Source of the DNA: Macrostomum lignano
Lineage: Eukaryota
Reading direction: 5' to 3'
NCBI GenBank assembly: GCA_002269645.1
Contig: NIVC01002205.1
Location: 124,001 to 188,000, forward strand
DNA: 64,000 bases
Shown: positions 22,766 through 35,794 of the stretch, piece by piece
Position numbering within the stretch: the first letter of the stretch is position 1
Layout: each line of letters opens with the position of its first letter
The notes under the pieces: model-generated
Database searches by the model: none
What the model was told of the DNA's origin: nothing
What the model saw: only the letters and a program-made list of their open reading frames with translations
Position numbers and translations under genes: made by a program

Positions 22766-23641
22766 TGTTGCCAGCGTTGCGTGCGTGGACTGTCATTTAA
22801 CTTCTTAAGAGTCCAAATTGAAGTAGCTACAACGCAAGTTTATTCAGGAATTTAAAAGTAATTTGTGACATATTTGCCCTAAGTCCAAGAGCGGTTGCAG
22901 CCGCAACATCGGAGGATGTATAGTCTGTATTATAGATTAGCATGGAAGTTATCTTTTATTGGTTTAGGCCTAATATCATTTGTATATGCAAAATCATCAA
23001 CACACATATCATTGATGAATGACATCAAAGAGAGGAATGTACTAGTTACTTATTATTCTGCTAAGTAAGTAATTCTATTGCAAAAATATACATTTAAAAG
23101 TCAATATAAGAATTTCACAAATTAATTATTAATATAGCCCCCCTAGACATAGTTTATACTTTATAGGAAAAATATACCAATAGATTGCACTACTTACACA
23201 ACATTTTTTTATCTAAGGTTTATATTGAATAATTTTCTATTCAAATATAATCATCACAATATACTAAATCTCTAAGATCTGTTTGTCTGACCAGTATTCC
23301 AGTCCGCAGCCTGAATACCTAAACCGATTTTTTTCAAACTTGCTTTATTCAACTCAAAATTCTTGTGAGATTGTGTGGGTGTAATTGCATTGAAAAATTT
23401 GAATGGGAAGTTGGTTAAATATTCAAAAGACTGTATTTTCCCTATCTAATTAGTGTATTTCTCTCGCAGTGAGAGCTCAATATGTCTATGGCCATAGACT
23501 AAACTTCAATTTCTTGTAGCTTGGATGCTAGGAGCTATAAATAATTAAATATTCAACAGCTTTAATATATGAAAGGGAGATGCTTAGTTACTGTGTTCTG
23601 ATCCTAGTTGATTGGCAAACTACATAGAGAATTGCTATTTT

Positions 23642-24522
23642 CAGTATTGGGCACCAGTCTATTAAAAAGTGTTAATCTGTTAATAATAGGCCTAAGCATT
23701 AAGATTTTTCATTAATGCTAACAGATTGTCGTTAAGATTTTTTTGAACTAACGGATTAACAAAATTGCATTAAAAATTTTGTGAATTAACAATAAATTCA
23801 TCGTTAACAGTAGTGTCTATGTCTATGACCAAAGACACAAAGAAAGAACGAAAAATAGAAGTCTTACAAGAAGTTTAAACATTACAAATGTATTTGAGCT
23901 TACCTATATGCCTAAATATAATCTCTTTATTTATGACAATAATCATACAGACGTACATGTAATTAACAACTTCTTACAAATAAACTTTAAAATAATGAAT
24001 TAAAATAGTGTGAAACTTTATTTCTTGTGCATGAGCATTGATTGCTTTGATTCACTTCTGTCCCAATCTTTCGCAACTTTCTGCTGCGCCTGCTAATGGT
24101 ATTGAAACAACCTTCCTATGCGTATTTAATTATGAATTTCTCGTTATTAGCTTTTAAGTTTCAAATAAAATAAGTTACTTCTTTACCATATGCTTTACTT
24201 TTAGTAGTATTATGCATGCAAGTTTTTAAAATAATTATTTATTACTTTTTTAGCTTTCAAATTGCTTAGATGACCTCTGTGTTTTGCTAAAAAGATGGAA
24301 TAGCAAAGACATGCATTACGAAGTCTGTTTTGGAAAAAACGTGTAAGATTTCCATATTTTCTATGTTAACTTTAACAGATTAATGCTTATTAATGATTAT
24401 CAGTTAACTTTCAGTTAACTTAACAAAATTAGGAGTTAAAAAGTTAAGATTTTTTTTGTTTTAACGCTAACGCTTTTGCTATTAACGGAAGTTAAGATTT
24501 TCATTAATGGTGCCCAACACTG
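23642..24522. mobile_element. Non-autonomous hAT-type element (881 bp)
   Basis: TIR cagtattgggcacca / revcomp cagtgttgggcacca. Flanks ctatttt on both sides. Subterminal ttaagatttt repeats. Same CAGTGTTGGGCA terminus as 7155-8132. Confidence 0.8.
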
Positions 24523-24699
24523 CTATTTTTAGATTTCACTCAACAGTGCATTGGCTCTGCCCGCACACTGAGCAGCCCATCACTGCTCACTCGCACACTG
24601 AGTGGTCTATCACTGCTATGTCAAAGCATATATGGCTGATGCTAAAAATGGTCTGTCTGTGTGTGCCCCGGGTCTTGGGTGCTTGCTACGTCTGTTGGA

Positions 24700-25042
24700 T
24701 GCTTGCTGTCTTAGGGATACTTGCTATCTGGGGGATGCTTGCTGTCTTAAGGATATTTGCCATCTGGGGAATGCTTGCTGTCTAGATCTGGGGGATGCTT
24801 GCTATCTGGTGGATGCCTGCTGTCTGGAGGATGCTTGCTGTCTGGGGGATGCCTGCTGTCTAGGGGATGCCTGCTGTCTGGGGAATGCTTGCTGTCTGGG
24901 GAATGCTTGCTGTCTGGGGGATGCCTGCTGTCTAGGGGATGCCTGCTGTCTGGGGAATGCTTGCTGTCTGGGGAATGCTTGCTGTCTGGGGGATGCCTGC
25001 TGTCTGGGGAATGCCTGCTGTCTGGGGGATGCTTGCTGTCTT
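24700..25042. repeat. 18-bp minisatellite (ggggatgcctgctgtctg variants, ~19 copies)
   Basis: Visible tandem array that produces the LGDACC-repeat ORFs in the track. Confidence 0.95.
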
Positions 25043-25660
25043 TCTTTGCTCCCCAACGGGGGGCTTAAATTGCTAGTTTTATATCTAAAGATAAAGTTGT
25101 AAGAATAAATGCCTTTTATCTATATTAAATATAGATAGGCCCCTAGGAAATCCCACACTTGTTCAATAAATTATTTTAATGCCAGTGCCAGGTAGATGCA
25201 CATCAGCAAATGCATGCCAAACTAATATGTTACAGAAAAAACATACAACTTTTTACATTTAAAAATGCACTTCAAAAAACCAAGTCTTTAACATTTTTTA
25301 AAACTTTTGTAGTATGCAAATATATAATGTTTCTTTTTTGCACATTAAAATTTACTTATCATTTTGCAATAAAAATAAGTATGAATTCTTGTCTTCACAA
25401 CACCATGTCTTTTCACAAACTTTTGTCTTAACAAAGCATGTCTAATATCATGCTAGGCCACATTCAACACCAGCTTTTCTATGCCATAGCCCATATTGCA
25501 AAAGGTGTAGTATATGCTAGAAAATTCCAGTGTACAAATGGTTTTGCTGCCATACATCTGGCATACAAATGCTTTAGCTTTTAGTTAGCTTTTGCATTAC
25601 TTCACTTATTTAAGTTTTAATTTTTTGCAACTTAATAATAAGACTTGAAATTTTTCATAG

Positions 25661-28600
25661 ATGCCCATTCAGCCAACAGTTCCTGAAATTGTGGAAAGGC
25701 ATTGATGTGCACAGCCTGCCAACTGTTGGCAGCGGTTTTGCTAGTCATTTGGTAAGTAGAATAAATATTTTAATTGGTAGCTCTATAAGGGCATTCCAAT
25801 TAGTCCTATCTGTAATAAATATCGTTCCTTTTAATCTATTTCAGATTGATTGTGAAGCTGAAACAGAACTGTGTGCCAAACATAAGATAAAGTATTACCC
25901 AAGGTGAGTGTTAATAATTTGTGAAGCCCTTTGCTGACCCAAGCTGTTTGACCCCTGATCCTGCAGCACCAGAACCTGTGCCCAGTTACCTGATCCTGCA
26001 GCATCAGATTCCACCAGCCCAATTACCTGATCCCGCAGCATCAGATTCCACCAGCCCAGTTACCTGATCTCTGATCCCGCAGAATCAGATTCCACCAGCC
26101 CAGTTACCTGATCCCGCAGCATCAAATTCCACCAGCTCAGTTACCTGATCCCGCAGCATCAAATTCCACCAGCTCAGTTACCTGATCTCTGATCCGCAGC
26201 ATCAGATTCCACCAGCCCAGTTACCTGATCCCGCAGCATCAGATTCCACCAGCCCAGTTACCTGATCTCTGATCCGCAGCATCAGATTCCACCAGCCCAG
26301 TTACCTGATCCCGCAGCATCAGATTCCACCAGCCCAGTTACCTGATCCCGCAGCATCAGATTCCACTAGCCCAGTTACCTGATCCCGCAGCATCAGATTC
26401 CACCAGCCCAATTACCTGATCCCGCAGCATCAGATTCTCTAATCTGGAATCTGGATTCCACTAGCCCAGTTACCTGATCCCGCAGCATCAGATTCCACCA
26501 GCCCAATTACCTGATCCCGCAGCATCAGATTCCACCAGCCCAGTTACCTGATCCCGCAGCATCAGATTCCACCAGCCCAATTACCTGATCCCGCAGCATC
26601 AGATTCCACCAGCCCAGTTACCTGATCCCGCAGCATCAGATTCCACCAGCCCAGTTACCTGATCCCGCAGCATCAGATTCCACCAGCCCAGTTACCTGAT
26701 CCCGCAGCATCAGATTCCACCAGCCCAGTTACCTGATCCCGCAGCATCAGATTCCACCAGCCCAGTTACCTGATCCCGCAGCATCAGATTCCACCAGCCC
26801 AATTACCTGATCCCGCAGCATCAGATTCCACTAGCCCAGTTACCTGATCCCGCAGCATCAGATTCCACCAGCCCAGTTACCTGATCCCGCAGCATCAGAT
26901 TCCACTAGCCCAGTTACCTGATCCCCCAGCACCAGATTCCACCAGCCCAGTTACCTGATCCCCCAGCACCAGATTCCACCAGCCCAGTTACCTGATCTCT
27001 GATCCCGCAGCATCAGATTCACCAGCCCAGTTACCTGATCTCTGATCCCCCAGCATCAGATTCCACCAGCCCAGTTACCTGATCTCTGATCCCGCAGCAT
27101 CAGATTCACCAGCCCAGTTACCTGATCTCTGATCCCGCAGCATCAGATTCACCAGCCCAGTTACCTGATCTCTGATCCCCCAGCATCAGATTCCACCAGC
27201 CCAGTTACCTGATCTCTGATCCCGCAGCATCAGATTCACCAGCCCAGTTACCTGATCCCCCAGCATCAGATTCACCAGCCCAGTTACCTGATCCCCCAGC
27301 ATCAGATTCCACCAGCCCAGTTACCTGATCTCTGATCCCGCAGCATCAGATTCTACCAGCCCAGTTACCTGATCTCTGATCCCGCAGCATCAGATTCACC
27401 AGCCCAGTTACCTGATCCCCCAGCATCAGATTCCACCAGCCCAGTTACCTGATCTCTGATCCCGCAGCATCAGATTCCACCAGCCCAGTTACCTGATCTC
27501 TGATCCCGCAGCATCAGATTCCACCAGCCCAGTTACCTGATCTCTGATCCCGCAGCATCAGATTCCACCAGCCCAGTTACCTGATCTCTGATCCCGCAGC
27601 ATCAGATTTCACCAGCATGGCTCGCATCAGCCGCAGGTGTTTCGTGGGCGCCGAACTGCCGGTACGCTGCTGAGCTTCCTGGGCAAGGCGATGCTCGGCT
27701 CCACGGTACCCGCTGTCGAGGCAGAAGCCCTTGGCGATACTGCCGCATCCCCACCACTAATGCTGGATGGCGTGATGGAGCTGACGGACGCGAACTTCGA
27801 CTCGTTCACTGCTGGCGGGCCGGTATTTGTGAAATTCTTCACAGACTGGTGCCCGCATTGCAAACTGCTGAAGCCGCTGTTCCCTCAGCTGGCTCCGCTG
27901 GCCAAGCGGCTGGGCGTGGCGCTGGGCCAGGTGAACTGCGAAAGCCAGCCGGACACTTGCAGCAAGCAGGCAGTGCCGCATTATCCCTACATGGCGCTGT
28001 TCGGCCACGGCCGTCGTCTGGGTGTTCACGAGGCCGACAACACCATCGAAAATTGGCAGCAGTTCCTGCAGCTGAAACTACAGGAGCTGGTTGCCGACAG
28101 AGCTGCGGCTGTCTCCGAGGGAGTCCTTGAGAACTGGTATTCGGTGAGGATTTTGCCATCAGGATTATTGTATCCTAATTATATCTGACCTATTTTATTT
28201 TTATTATTTTTATGCAATAGTCTGTAGGCTTCTTTACTTGTTTGGTTCCTTTTTAACTGTCTGCTTCACTGTGTGCACACTGCCAAGGTCAAGAGGAGAT
28301 TACTGAGAGTTTGACTTACTACTGAATGGCTAGTCAAGTTTTCGCTTTTGAGACACTTTACCAACAGTTGCTGGCTTTGCTGTTCAAGTTTTGGTCAAAG
28401 GCTGATATTTCTAGGAAAGTGTGTGGAATGCATATGCTTCTACTGTGCTTATTGGTGGTGGAATGCTAGTCATAATTGAGTCTGGCTGCTATTTTTTCGT
28501 GAAAGCTGGCTCGAAAGCCCCATCTATTCGGCAGGAAGCAGGATTAACCCCTGCTGTTGGATCTTGGAGTTAGATTTGTCTGCAAAGTTTTTGCTTTTCA

Positions 28601-30349
28601 TTCTTTTCAGATCGTCAAGCCGGTTTCCCTGACTTGGAGCTCCTTTGACAAAACTGCTCGGGCGACAGAATTCCTGTTTGTCAAATTTTTCGCTCCCTGG
28701 TGAGTTCTGTGCTCGGTTTGAAGCAGTCAGACCTGGGGTAGGAGTGGGTCAGAGTCTGAATAGAACTGGGTCAGAATCTGAATAGAACTGGGTCAGAGTC
28801 TGAATAGAACTGGGTCAGAATCTGAATAGAACTGGGTCAGAGTCTGAATAGAAATGGGTCAGAGTCTGAATAGAACTGGGTCAGAATCTGAATAGAACTG
28901 GGTCAGAGTCTGAATAGAACTGGGTCAGAATCTGAATAGAACTGGGTCAGATTTTGAATAGAACTGGGTCAGATTTTGAATAGAACTGGGTCAGATTTTG
29001 AATAGAACTGGGTCAGAATCTGAATAGAACTGGGTCAGAGTCTGAATAGAACTGGGTCAGATTTTGAATAGAACTGGGTCAGAATCTGAATAGAACTGGG
29101 TCAGAGTCTGAATAGAAACGGGTCACAGTCTGAATAGAACTGGGTCAGAATCTGAATAGAACTGGGTCAGAATCTGAATAGAACTGGGTCAGAGTCTGAA
29201 TAGAACTGGGTCAGAATCTGAATAGAACTGGGTCAGAGTCTGAATAGAACTGGGTCAGAATCTGAATAGAACTGGGTCAGAATCTGAATAGAACTGGGTC
29301 AGAATCTGAATAGAACTGGGTCAGAGTCTGAATAGAACTGGGTCAGAGTCTGAATAGAAATGGGTCACAGTCTGAATAGAACTGGGTCAGATCTGAATAG
29401 AACTGGGTCAGATTTTGAATAGAACTGGGTCAGATTTTGAATAGAACTGGGTCAGAGTCAAAGGAGTGGGATGAGTCACAGTCTGAATAGAACTGGGTCA
29501 GAGTCTGAATTAAACTGGGTCAGATCTGAATTAAACTGGGTCAGATTTTGAATAGAACTGGGTCAGAGTCTGAATTAAACTGGGTCAGATCTGAATTAAA
29601 CTGGGTCAGATTTTGAATAGAACTGGGTCAGAGTCGAAGGAGTGGGATGAGTCACAGTCTGAATAGAACTGGGTCAGAGTCGAAGGAGTGGGATGAGTCA
29701 CAGTCTGAATAGAACTGGGTCAGAGTCGAAGGAGTGGGATGAGTCACAGTCTGAATAGAACTGGGTCAGAGTCGAAGGAGTGGGATGAGTCACAGTCTGA
29801 ATAGAACTGGGTCAGAGTCGAAGGAGTGGGATGAGTCACAGTCTGAATAGAACTGGGTCAGAGTCGAAGGAGTGGGATGAGTCACAGTCTGAATAGAACT
29901 GGGTCAGAGTCGAAGGAGTGGGATGAGTCACAGTCTGAATAGAACTGGGTCAGAGTCGAAGGAGTGGGATGAGTCACAGTCTGAATAGAACTGGGTCAGA
30001 GTCGAAGGAGTGGGATGAGTCAGAGATGCTGTTCCGCTGACGCATTCACTTGACTGTCTGCCGCAGGTGCTCGCACTGTCAGCGACTGGCGCCGGTCTGG
30101 GAGCGGCTGGCACAGGATTTGGCGCAGGAGTTCCCAGACCGCCAGCAGCTGGTGCTGGGCCGTGTGGACTGCACCGAGGAAGCCGGCCTGTGCAATCAGC
30201 AGGGGGTTCGCGCCTATCCTAGTCTGCTGCTTTACCAGCAGGGTCACCTGGTGGACAGCTTCCGCGGCCTCCGCGACCTCGCAGCCCTGTCTGACTTCCT
30301 GAGGACAGCCATCGGTCTGCGCAGCAAGGAGCAGCGGAGCGAGCTCTGA
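25661..30349 (+). CDS. TXNDC5: Three-thioredoxin-domain ER PDI (TXNDC5/ERp46-like), 5' exon(s) not found; exons 25661-25751, 25845-25903, 27600-28143, 28611-28699, 30067-30349
   Basis: Domain 1 CPFS..IDCEAETELC..YYPSIRF, domain 2 FVKFFTDWCPHCK, domain 3 FVKFFAPWCSHCQ. C-terminal RSEL retention-like signal. Splice phases are consistent. Confidence 0.82.
25950..27615 (+). repeat. 37-bp minisatellite (with 36/43-bp variants, ~43 copies) whose last unit is the intron-exon junction
   Basis: Unit ctgatcccgcag-catcagattccaccag-cccagttac. True acceptor cccgcag|catcagatttcaccag at 27599/27600. Confidence 0.95.
28745..30022. repeat. Intronic 22-bp minisatellite grading into a 46-bp unit
   Basis: tctgaatagaactgggtcagag repeats, then gtcgaaggagtgggatgagtcacagtctgaatagaactgggtcaga from ~29630. 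Confidence 0.96.
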
Positions 30350-32033
30350 AGGTTGTGTCCTACTGCAGCTAAACTTCTCTGTGTTTTGATCAGATTTTGT
30401 GATCCAAATCCAGCTGTATTTTTTGCCAACGGTTTGTTAACTGAACACTTTCTGTGTAAAAATAGCTTTCTAGCAACAAGAGTTTAGGGAGATGCGTTCG
30501 CATCTTATCATTTTTAGAGTCCAATGTTTCTGTCTATTCAAAAGGGTTGGAGATAAATCGAACATATTTAGCCACAGGGTAATTGTACTCTGTCTATTTA
30601 ACCAATGGACTGGTTTTTTCTATTTGCCTAGCTGTCAGTCAGCTGATCACCTGGCTGGCTTCAGCAGCGTACTTTACTTGTTAAACATTTGTTGCCCTTT
30701 CCTTATTTTTCTCTAGTCTTCCCTCCCTGTCCGTATATCTCTTGTCAGCAGTTGTCCTCTGATATTTTTGCTGTGCCAAAGCATATACTAAGCCGTCTGC
30801 CTTTTCTGTTCTATGCTATCAATACAATACACTCTCCGATATCCTTACTTCTGTTTAATTCGATTCCTATCTCAGAACTAAATTCGCCGTCTGTTATCCC
30901 TGATTCAGCATTTTCGCAAATTTTCAGCGCATTGCGATATCGATTTCTGGGAATTTGGCTTCGGGGCCACGTGCCAGGGAGGGAGGAATTCCTGTGTAGA
31001 AAAGAATTCTGGCTGACAGGTGCGAAGCCCATTCGACAAGAGGTGACAGCTGGCAGTTCGCGAGCAACCAGAGGGAGTGAAAAGGGGTGCTTGATACTCT
31101 TCACGCCCATTTTCGGTAGGGATATTGATGGATAACTGTCTCCAGAGAGCTCAAATTTACAGTACAGAAGCCATAGTTATCAGCAACGGGCGGTAGTGCG
31201 CGGGAGAGCCGCCATCAACTCGAGACACGATCCCTGACACCGATGCCCAAGCGAAGAAGCGGCTAAAAGGAAGATGGCTTCTGCTCGTTTCAGCCCGAGC
31301 AGACTGTCAATATTGGTGGGTGTATTCTTGCGAGTGCTAACTCTGACCTTCAGCCACAGTAGAAAGCTGGTACGAGCCGGAGGGCGGTTTCGAGGAAGTG
31401 GAAAATCGGTATTCCCAACATGTACTGTAATGAACTATATTAACACTTCGGAACTGTAAACACTTGCAGTAGGCTGGGTATCCATTATTATGATTATCTT
31501 TTACAATATATACACTTGTGTATTTCCTCTCTAGAAAGCCTGAATTAAGGATCTACGTCGTATATATTCCTGGTGCAAACACTGCTGCAGTACATGTAAA
31601 GATATTGAATTTATTTCTGGCACTGTCCATCGACCGAAATTCACCCTTTAATGGCCTTTTTGTCCGAACACTAAATCTGACCTTGGAATCGAACAGGCAA
31701 GGAAACATGCCAGTTCTCCGTCCAGACACCGGCTTTTTTGAGTGACGCAAGTTCGGAGCAACTGAAATAAGAAAAATGGATGTAGCTTTTAAAACAGTTC
31801 TTCCCATAGACTGAGTTCTTTTTAGGGAATTTACGGCGTCGTTGGGAATCAGCAATTTCCTGGGCAGCCCCAACTAAGGCAGTCAAAAGAGCAGCTAATT
31901 AGCCTGCCTGGATTGGCATCTGAGTCCAGAAAATTTGACTGCGGGACTAACTAATCTCAGCTGTAAGCCATTGCTCATAAACCATGAAGTATTTGAATGT
32001 GTGGCATTGTGTGCGCGTTGTCAAAATTGTTAA

Positions 32034-33147
32034 AACCATGGAGGAAAGAATAGAATGCTAATCTGAGCCAGTTATTTGTATCTCGCTCGATCTTCACTTT
32101 TAACATCCCTTTCCCCCCGTTCCTTCCTATTGGCTGAAAGCATATTTTGATGCGAGCTCGTACTATGCTGGGACAGACCTTTCAGAGGTCGGACAGCCAA
32201 GCTGCCTTGCACGCCATCAGTGGCTGCAGCACCAATTCTGCTACAGTCCTCGATTGTATCAGACTCCTCAACATGTTGGGTTCCACCAACAAAATTACCC
32301 TTAAGTGGGTTCCGGGGCATGTGGGGATCCGAGGGAATGAGTTAACACCCTTGCAAAAGTTGGTGCCTCCGGCTCCTCTCTCGGTCCCGAACCTCTTGTC
32401 CCGATTCCCGGCTGTGTCATCGACTCGCGCATCAAAGCGTGGATCAGGACTCAGCACCGCTCGACTTAGGCGAACCGCACTAACTGCAGGCAATCCAGAG
32501 GCGCTGTCCCTCAACCCTCTTACCAGCTCCAGAAGCTCCTCTTGCGCCTCTCGCGTAGAGACATCCGGGCTGCCACCATGACCCTCTCAGGTCACGGCTG
32601 CTTCCCTAGGCACCAGTACCTGCAGGGCAACGCCACCAAGGCCATCTGCAGTTTCTGAAACTCAGGTGACGAAACCGCTGAGCATTTCGTCAGCATCTGT
32701 CCCGGCCTTTACGCGGGCCAGACTCACTTACCTCGGGCTACAAAGCGTGCAAACCCGAAAATTTTTACCAGCTCATGCGCTACCTCCGGGCCACCCGCAG
32801 GGCTGAACTCTCCTTTCCAGAGAGCACCATAGCTGCTGGCGACACTGGGGGACCTCCCTGGGCGGCGCCAACCCTCCGTCCATAGCGACGCGTCGGCCGT
32901 TCAGGGATTAGCGGAATGGGCGCCCGCGCCTTCCCGCTGTGTCCCCTCCGGGACAGCCCTGCAGCTAAGTCTAAGTCTACCTTTCAGAGGGGAACGAAAA
33001 CGAAAACGAGACGAAAAATACTTTGTCTATGGCAGTCACGAGCCAATAGGAAAGAACGGGGGGAAAGGGATGTTAAAAGTGAAGATCGAGTGAGACAAAA
33101 ATAACTGGCTCAGATTAGCACTCCATTCTATTCTTTCCTCCATGGTT
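32034..33147. mobile_element. ~105-bp inverted repeat pair (32034-32135 and 33041-33147), probably a foldback/MITE interrupted by a LINE
   Basis: aaccatggaggaaagaatag...cctattggct is the near-perfect reverse complement of agccaatagg...ctccatggtt. Confidence 0.8.
32140..32979 (+). mobile_element. 5'-truncated RNase H-bearing LINE (I/Loa/R1-like) 3' end
   Basis: SDSQAALHAI..KITLKWVPGHVGIRGNE (RNase H), then LSGHGCF..ETAEHF..CP zinc-knuckle-like segment across frameshifts, and a (ctaagt)n tail. Confidence 0.85.
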
Positions 33148-33149
33148 AG

Positions 33150-34350
33150 AACTGCTTGCTGGTCTGCCCCCAGTCTGTGCCATAGACGGCTGGCTGCTCG
33201 CACGACTTTGTGGATGGAGCGGTTGAGTCGCTCTGTCATGCCGTTGGCTGCAGGATAGGGTAATAGGGCGTGATGAGGCGGTGCTTTATCCCGTAGCTTG
33301 CCAGAAATCGGCCAAACTCCTTGGACGAGAAGAGCGGCTCATTGTCTGTCACGAGCTCCTGCGTGATCCAGCAGATAGCGAACATCTCTCGTAGGCGGGG
33401 AATCTGCCTCGGCCGGTACGTCTGCATAAGCTGCACCTCCGGGAATCTCGAGTAGCGGTCCACGCACACCAGCAGCATGTTGATGGGTCCCACGAAGTCG
33501 GCGCCGATCGACAGCCAGACGCTCGCGGATATCGGCGTCGACTGCAGAGGTGTGGCCCGGATGACTAGCTTGTGCGACGTGACGGCACAGCTGCGGCATC
33601 GACTGACGAACTCCTCCGCTTGAGTTGCCATCCTCGGCCACCAGACCTTCGTGCCGAGTCTGGTGATTGTCTTCTGCGATCACTGGTGCCCTTGGTGCGC
33701 CAGTTCGAGCATCTGCTGCCGCAGACCAGCTAGCACTACGATTCGCTGATGCCAAAGGAGGACTCCGTCCACCGCAGACAGCTCGAGATCCTCTCGCAGC
33801 GCGTGGAGCAACCGTATCTCCACGTTGGAGCGATCCCACTGGCCGCTTTGCGTCGCCGCTATCGCCGCCTGAATTCGACGGTCGCTGGCAGAGCTCTTGC
33901 AGATGTCCTCGAGCGTCAGCGCTATCGACACAGCCGTCTGCGCGCCACCTCATTGAAGTAGGCCTCCCATCCAAAGTTTCTGTTGTGCGCGCTTAGGGGC
34001 TGCCTGCTGAGTACGTCTGCAGCATTGGAGGCTCCCGGCTGGTACTCGACCTTGAACACTAAGTGCTGGATCCTCAGCACCATTCGCTCGACTCGTGGAA
34101 GACGGCCGCGGACCCAAGGCCGTCAGCGGCTTGTGATCGGAGAGCACTGAGAACTCGGGCGATCCATGCAGGTTGTACTCGAACTTCAGGCAGCGGAGCT
34201 TCACAGCGAGCGGCTCCTTCTCGGTCTGTGAGTATCGCCGCTCGACGCCGGAGAGGGTCCGGCTGGCGCATGCAACCGGCCTCGAGCTGCCGTCACGCTG
34301 CACCTGCGCCACGATGGCGCCCAGGCAGGTCGATCCCGCGTCCACGATCA
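33150..34350 (-). mobile_element. Ty3/Gypsy pol fragment (RNase H + integrase), degenerate
   Basis: RPVACASRTLSGVERRYSQTEKE..SDHKPL, LELAHQGHQ..VWWP..CRSC, ADFVGP..VDRYSRFPEV..VTDN..HRLITPYYP..ERLNR. Confidence 0.92.
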
Positions 34351-35794
34351 GGTGCGAGTGCAGGCAGGTGCAATATAGGTGATTTCGAGTGAGTAATAGT
34401 ACAGACGTTCACAAAACGAAAAACAATAAAAAACCTGTTCTCTTCAAACCATGCCTGATGAACTATCTGAAGATGCCATATTCTCGTGCTAAGTACTTGA
34501 AGAAACCAGGTGAAGAAGTATCAGCTGAAGATGCCAGGTACAATAAATATTTGAATATGCCAGATGGAGCATCTAAAGATACCAGATGATGTATCTAAAG
34601 ATTCCCGATAAGGTATTTGACGATGCCAGATAAAGCATCTGAAGATGCCAGGGACTCAAGATCACATCTAGCTTATTATCATGGATCTAGCCAAAAACAT
34701 ATGAGATCAGTTAGAGCGAGTATCGTGCATATCGTGCATGCATAGGAAGGCAGAGTTCTTATCTTGGCAAGGAGTTTGTTAAGAACCAATTTTATGCAGT
34801 TTTCTGGTCCGGCTCCGTCCCGAGCCTTCCAATAATTTTGCAATTTGTCGGCTTTGGTGGCTTTTAAAAAATAAATAAACTACTCGTGGGCAGAAAAACA
34901 GATTATTCTAAAATGCGTCAAGAAAATTTTCCCCTATGAAGCAATCAAATTAAACGCCCTTTGCCCCCATCGACGAAAAAGAAAAATAACTGCAATCGGA
35001 GTGGCAAAAGCCAAAATGGGGCAATTGCTGAGATCAAGCCATCGGCCCCAGAATCGGATAATCAGAGGCAATCATGTCTGCAAATCCCGCCCAAATTGTT
35101 TTAATTGAGCCAACAAGGCTGCAGGTGTCTTTTCAATACAGGCCGTGGTTCCATTTATCTGCGCAATTTTCTATCCGGAGAGTTAAGATAAGGGGAAATT
35201 TTAGCACCCATTTTTGCCCCCTATCGGGTCTGGATTTCGGGCCGCCGATTAGCGGACCGGCCATGACGGCAGTCGCCAATTTTCTCCCAATTTTGATTGG
35301 CGAAGCGATTAGGGATTTCTCTTCTTTGCCTTTGCTCTCCCGTTCGGGCGCCTGGCCGAGCGGCTATAAAATCTCCCAGGGCAGGCTCCGGCCCCAAAAC
35401 TGTCTTCCTCACCTGCTGGAACTAGGATACCAGCTCTCAGCCCCCGGGCCCGAGCCTGTGCTTCGTCAAACTCTCGGTAAGTTTTGGCACGCGAACGCGG
35501 CCCAACCCCTATCAGTTGGCTGCACTGGCCTTCCTGAGAATCTCAATAATCATTTACCGGCATGTAGCAAAAATCAAAGGGAAAATGTAGGGACAGAGTT
35601 ACTGGTAGAGTTACAGTAGAAAAGACGATGGATCTTGTATTCACCCCTTGACTGCGGAACCCCTTGACTGCGTGTCCATGGCCAGGCCCGGCATGTTCAG
35701 GACTAGGCTTCAATTTGGGGTTCAGACCCTCACAGGTTCACACACTCTAAGCCCCCTCTTTCTGTCGGGACGGTTTCGGGAGCCTTCAGCGCTT

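Noticed and set aside
30700-31900. Possible degenerate coding fragments (ORFs 30689-31135, 30811-31110, 31553-31873)
   Set aside because: No family motif recognised and no consistent splice structure.
35074-35619. 181-aa ORF before the 72-bp array
   Set aside because: No domain similarity or coding-style bias evident.
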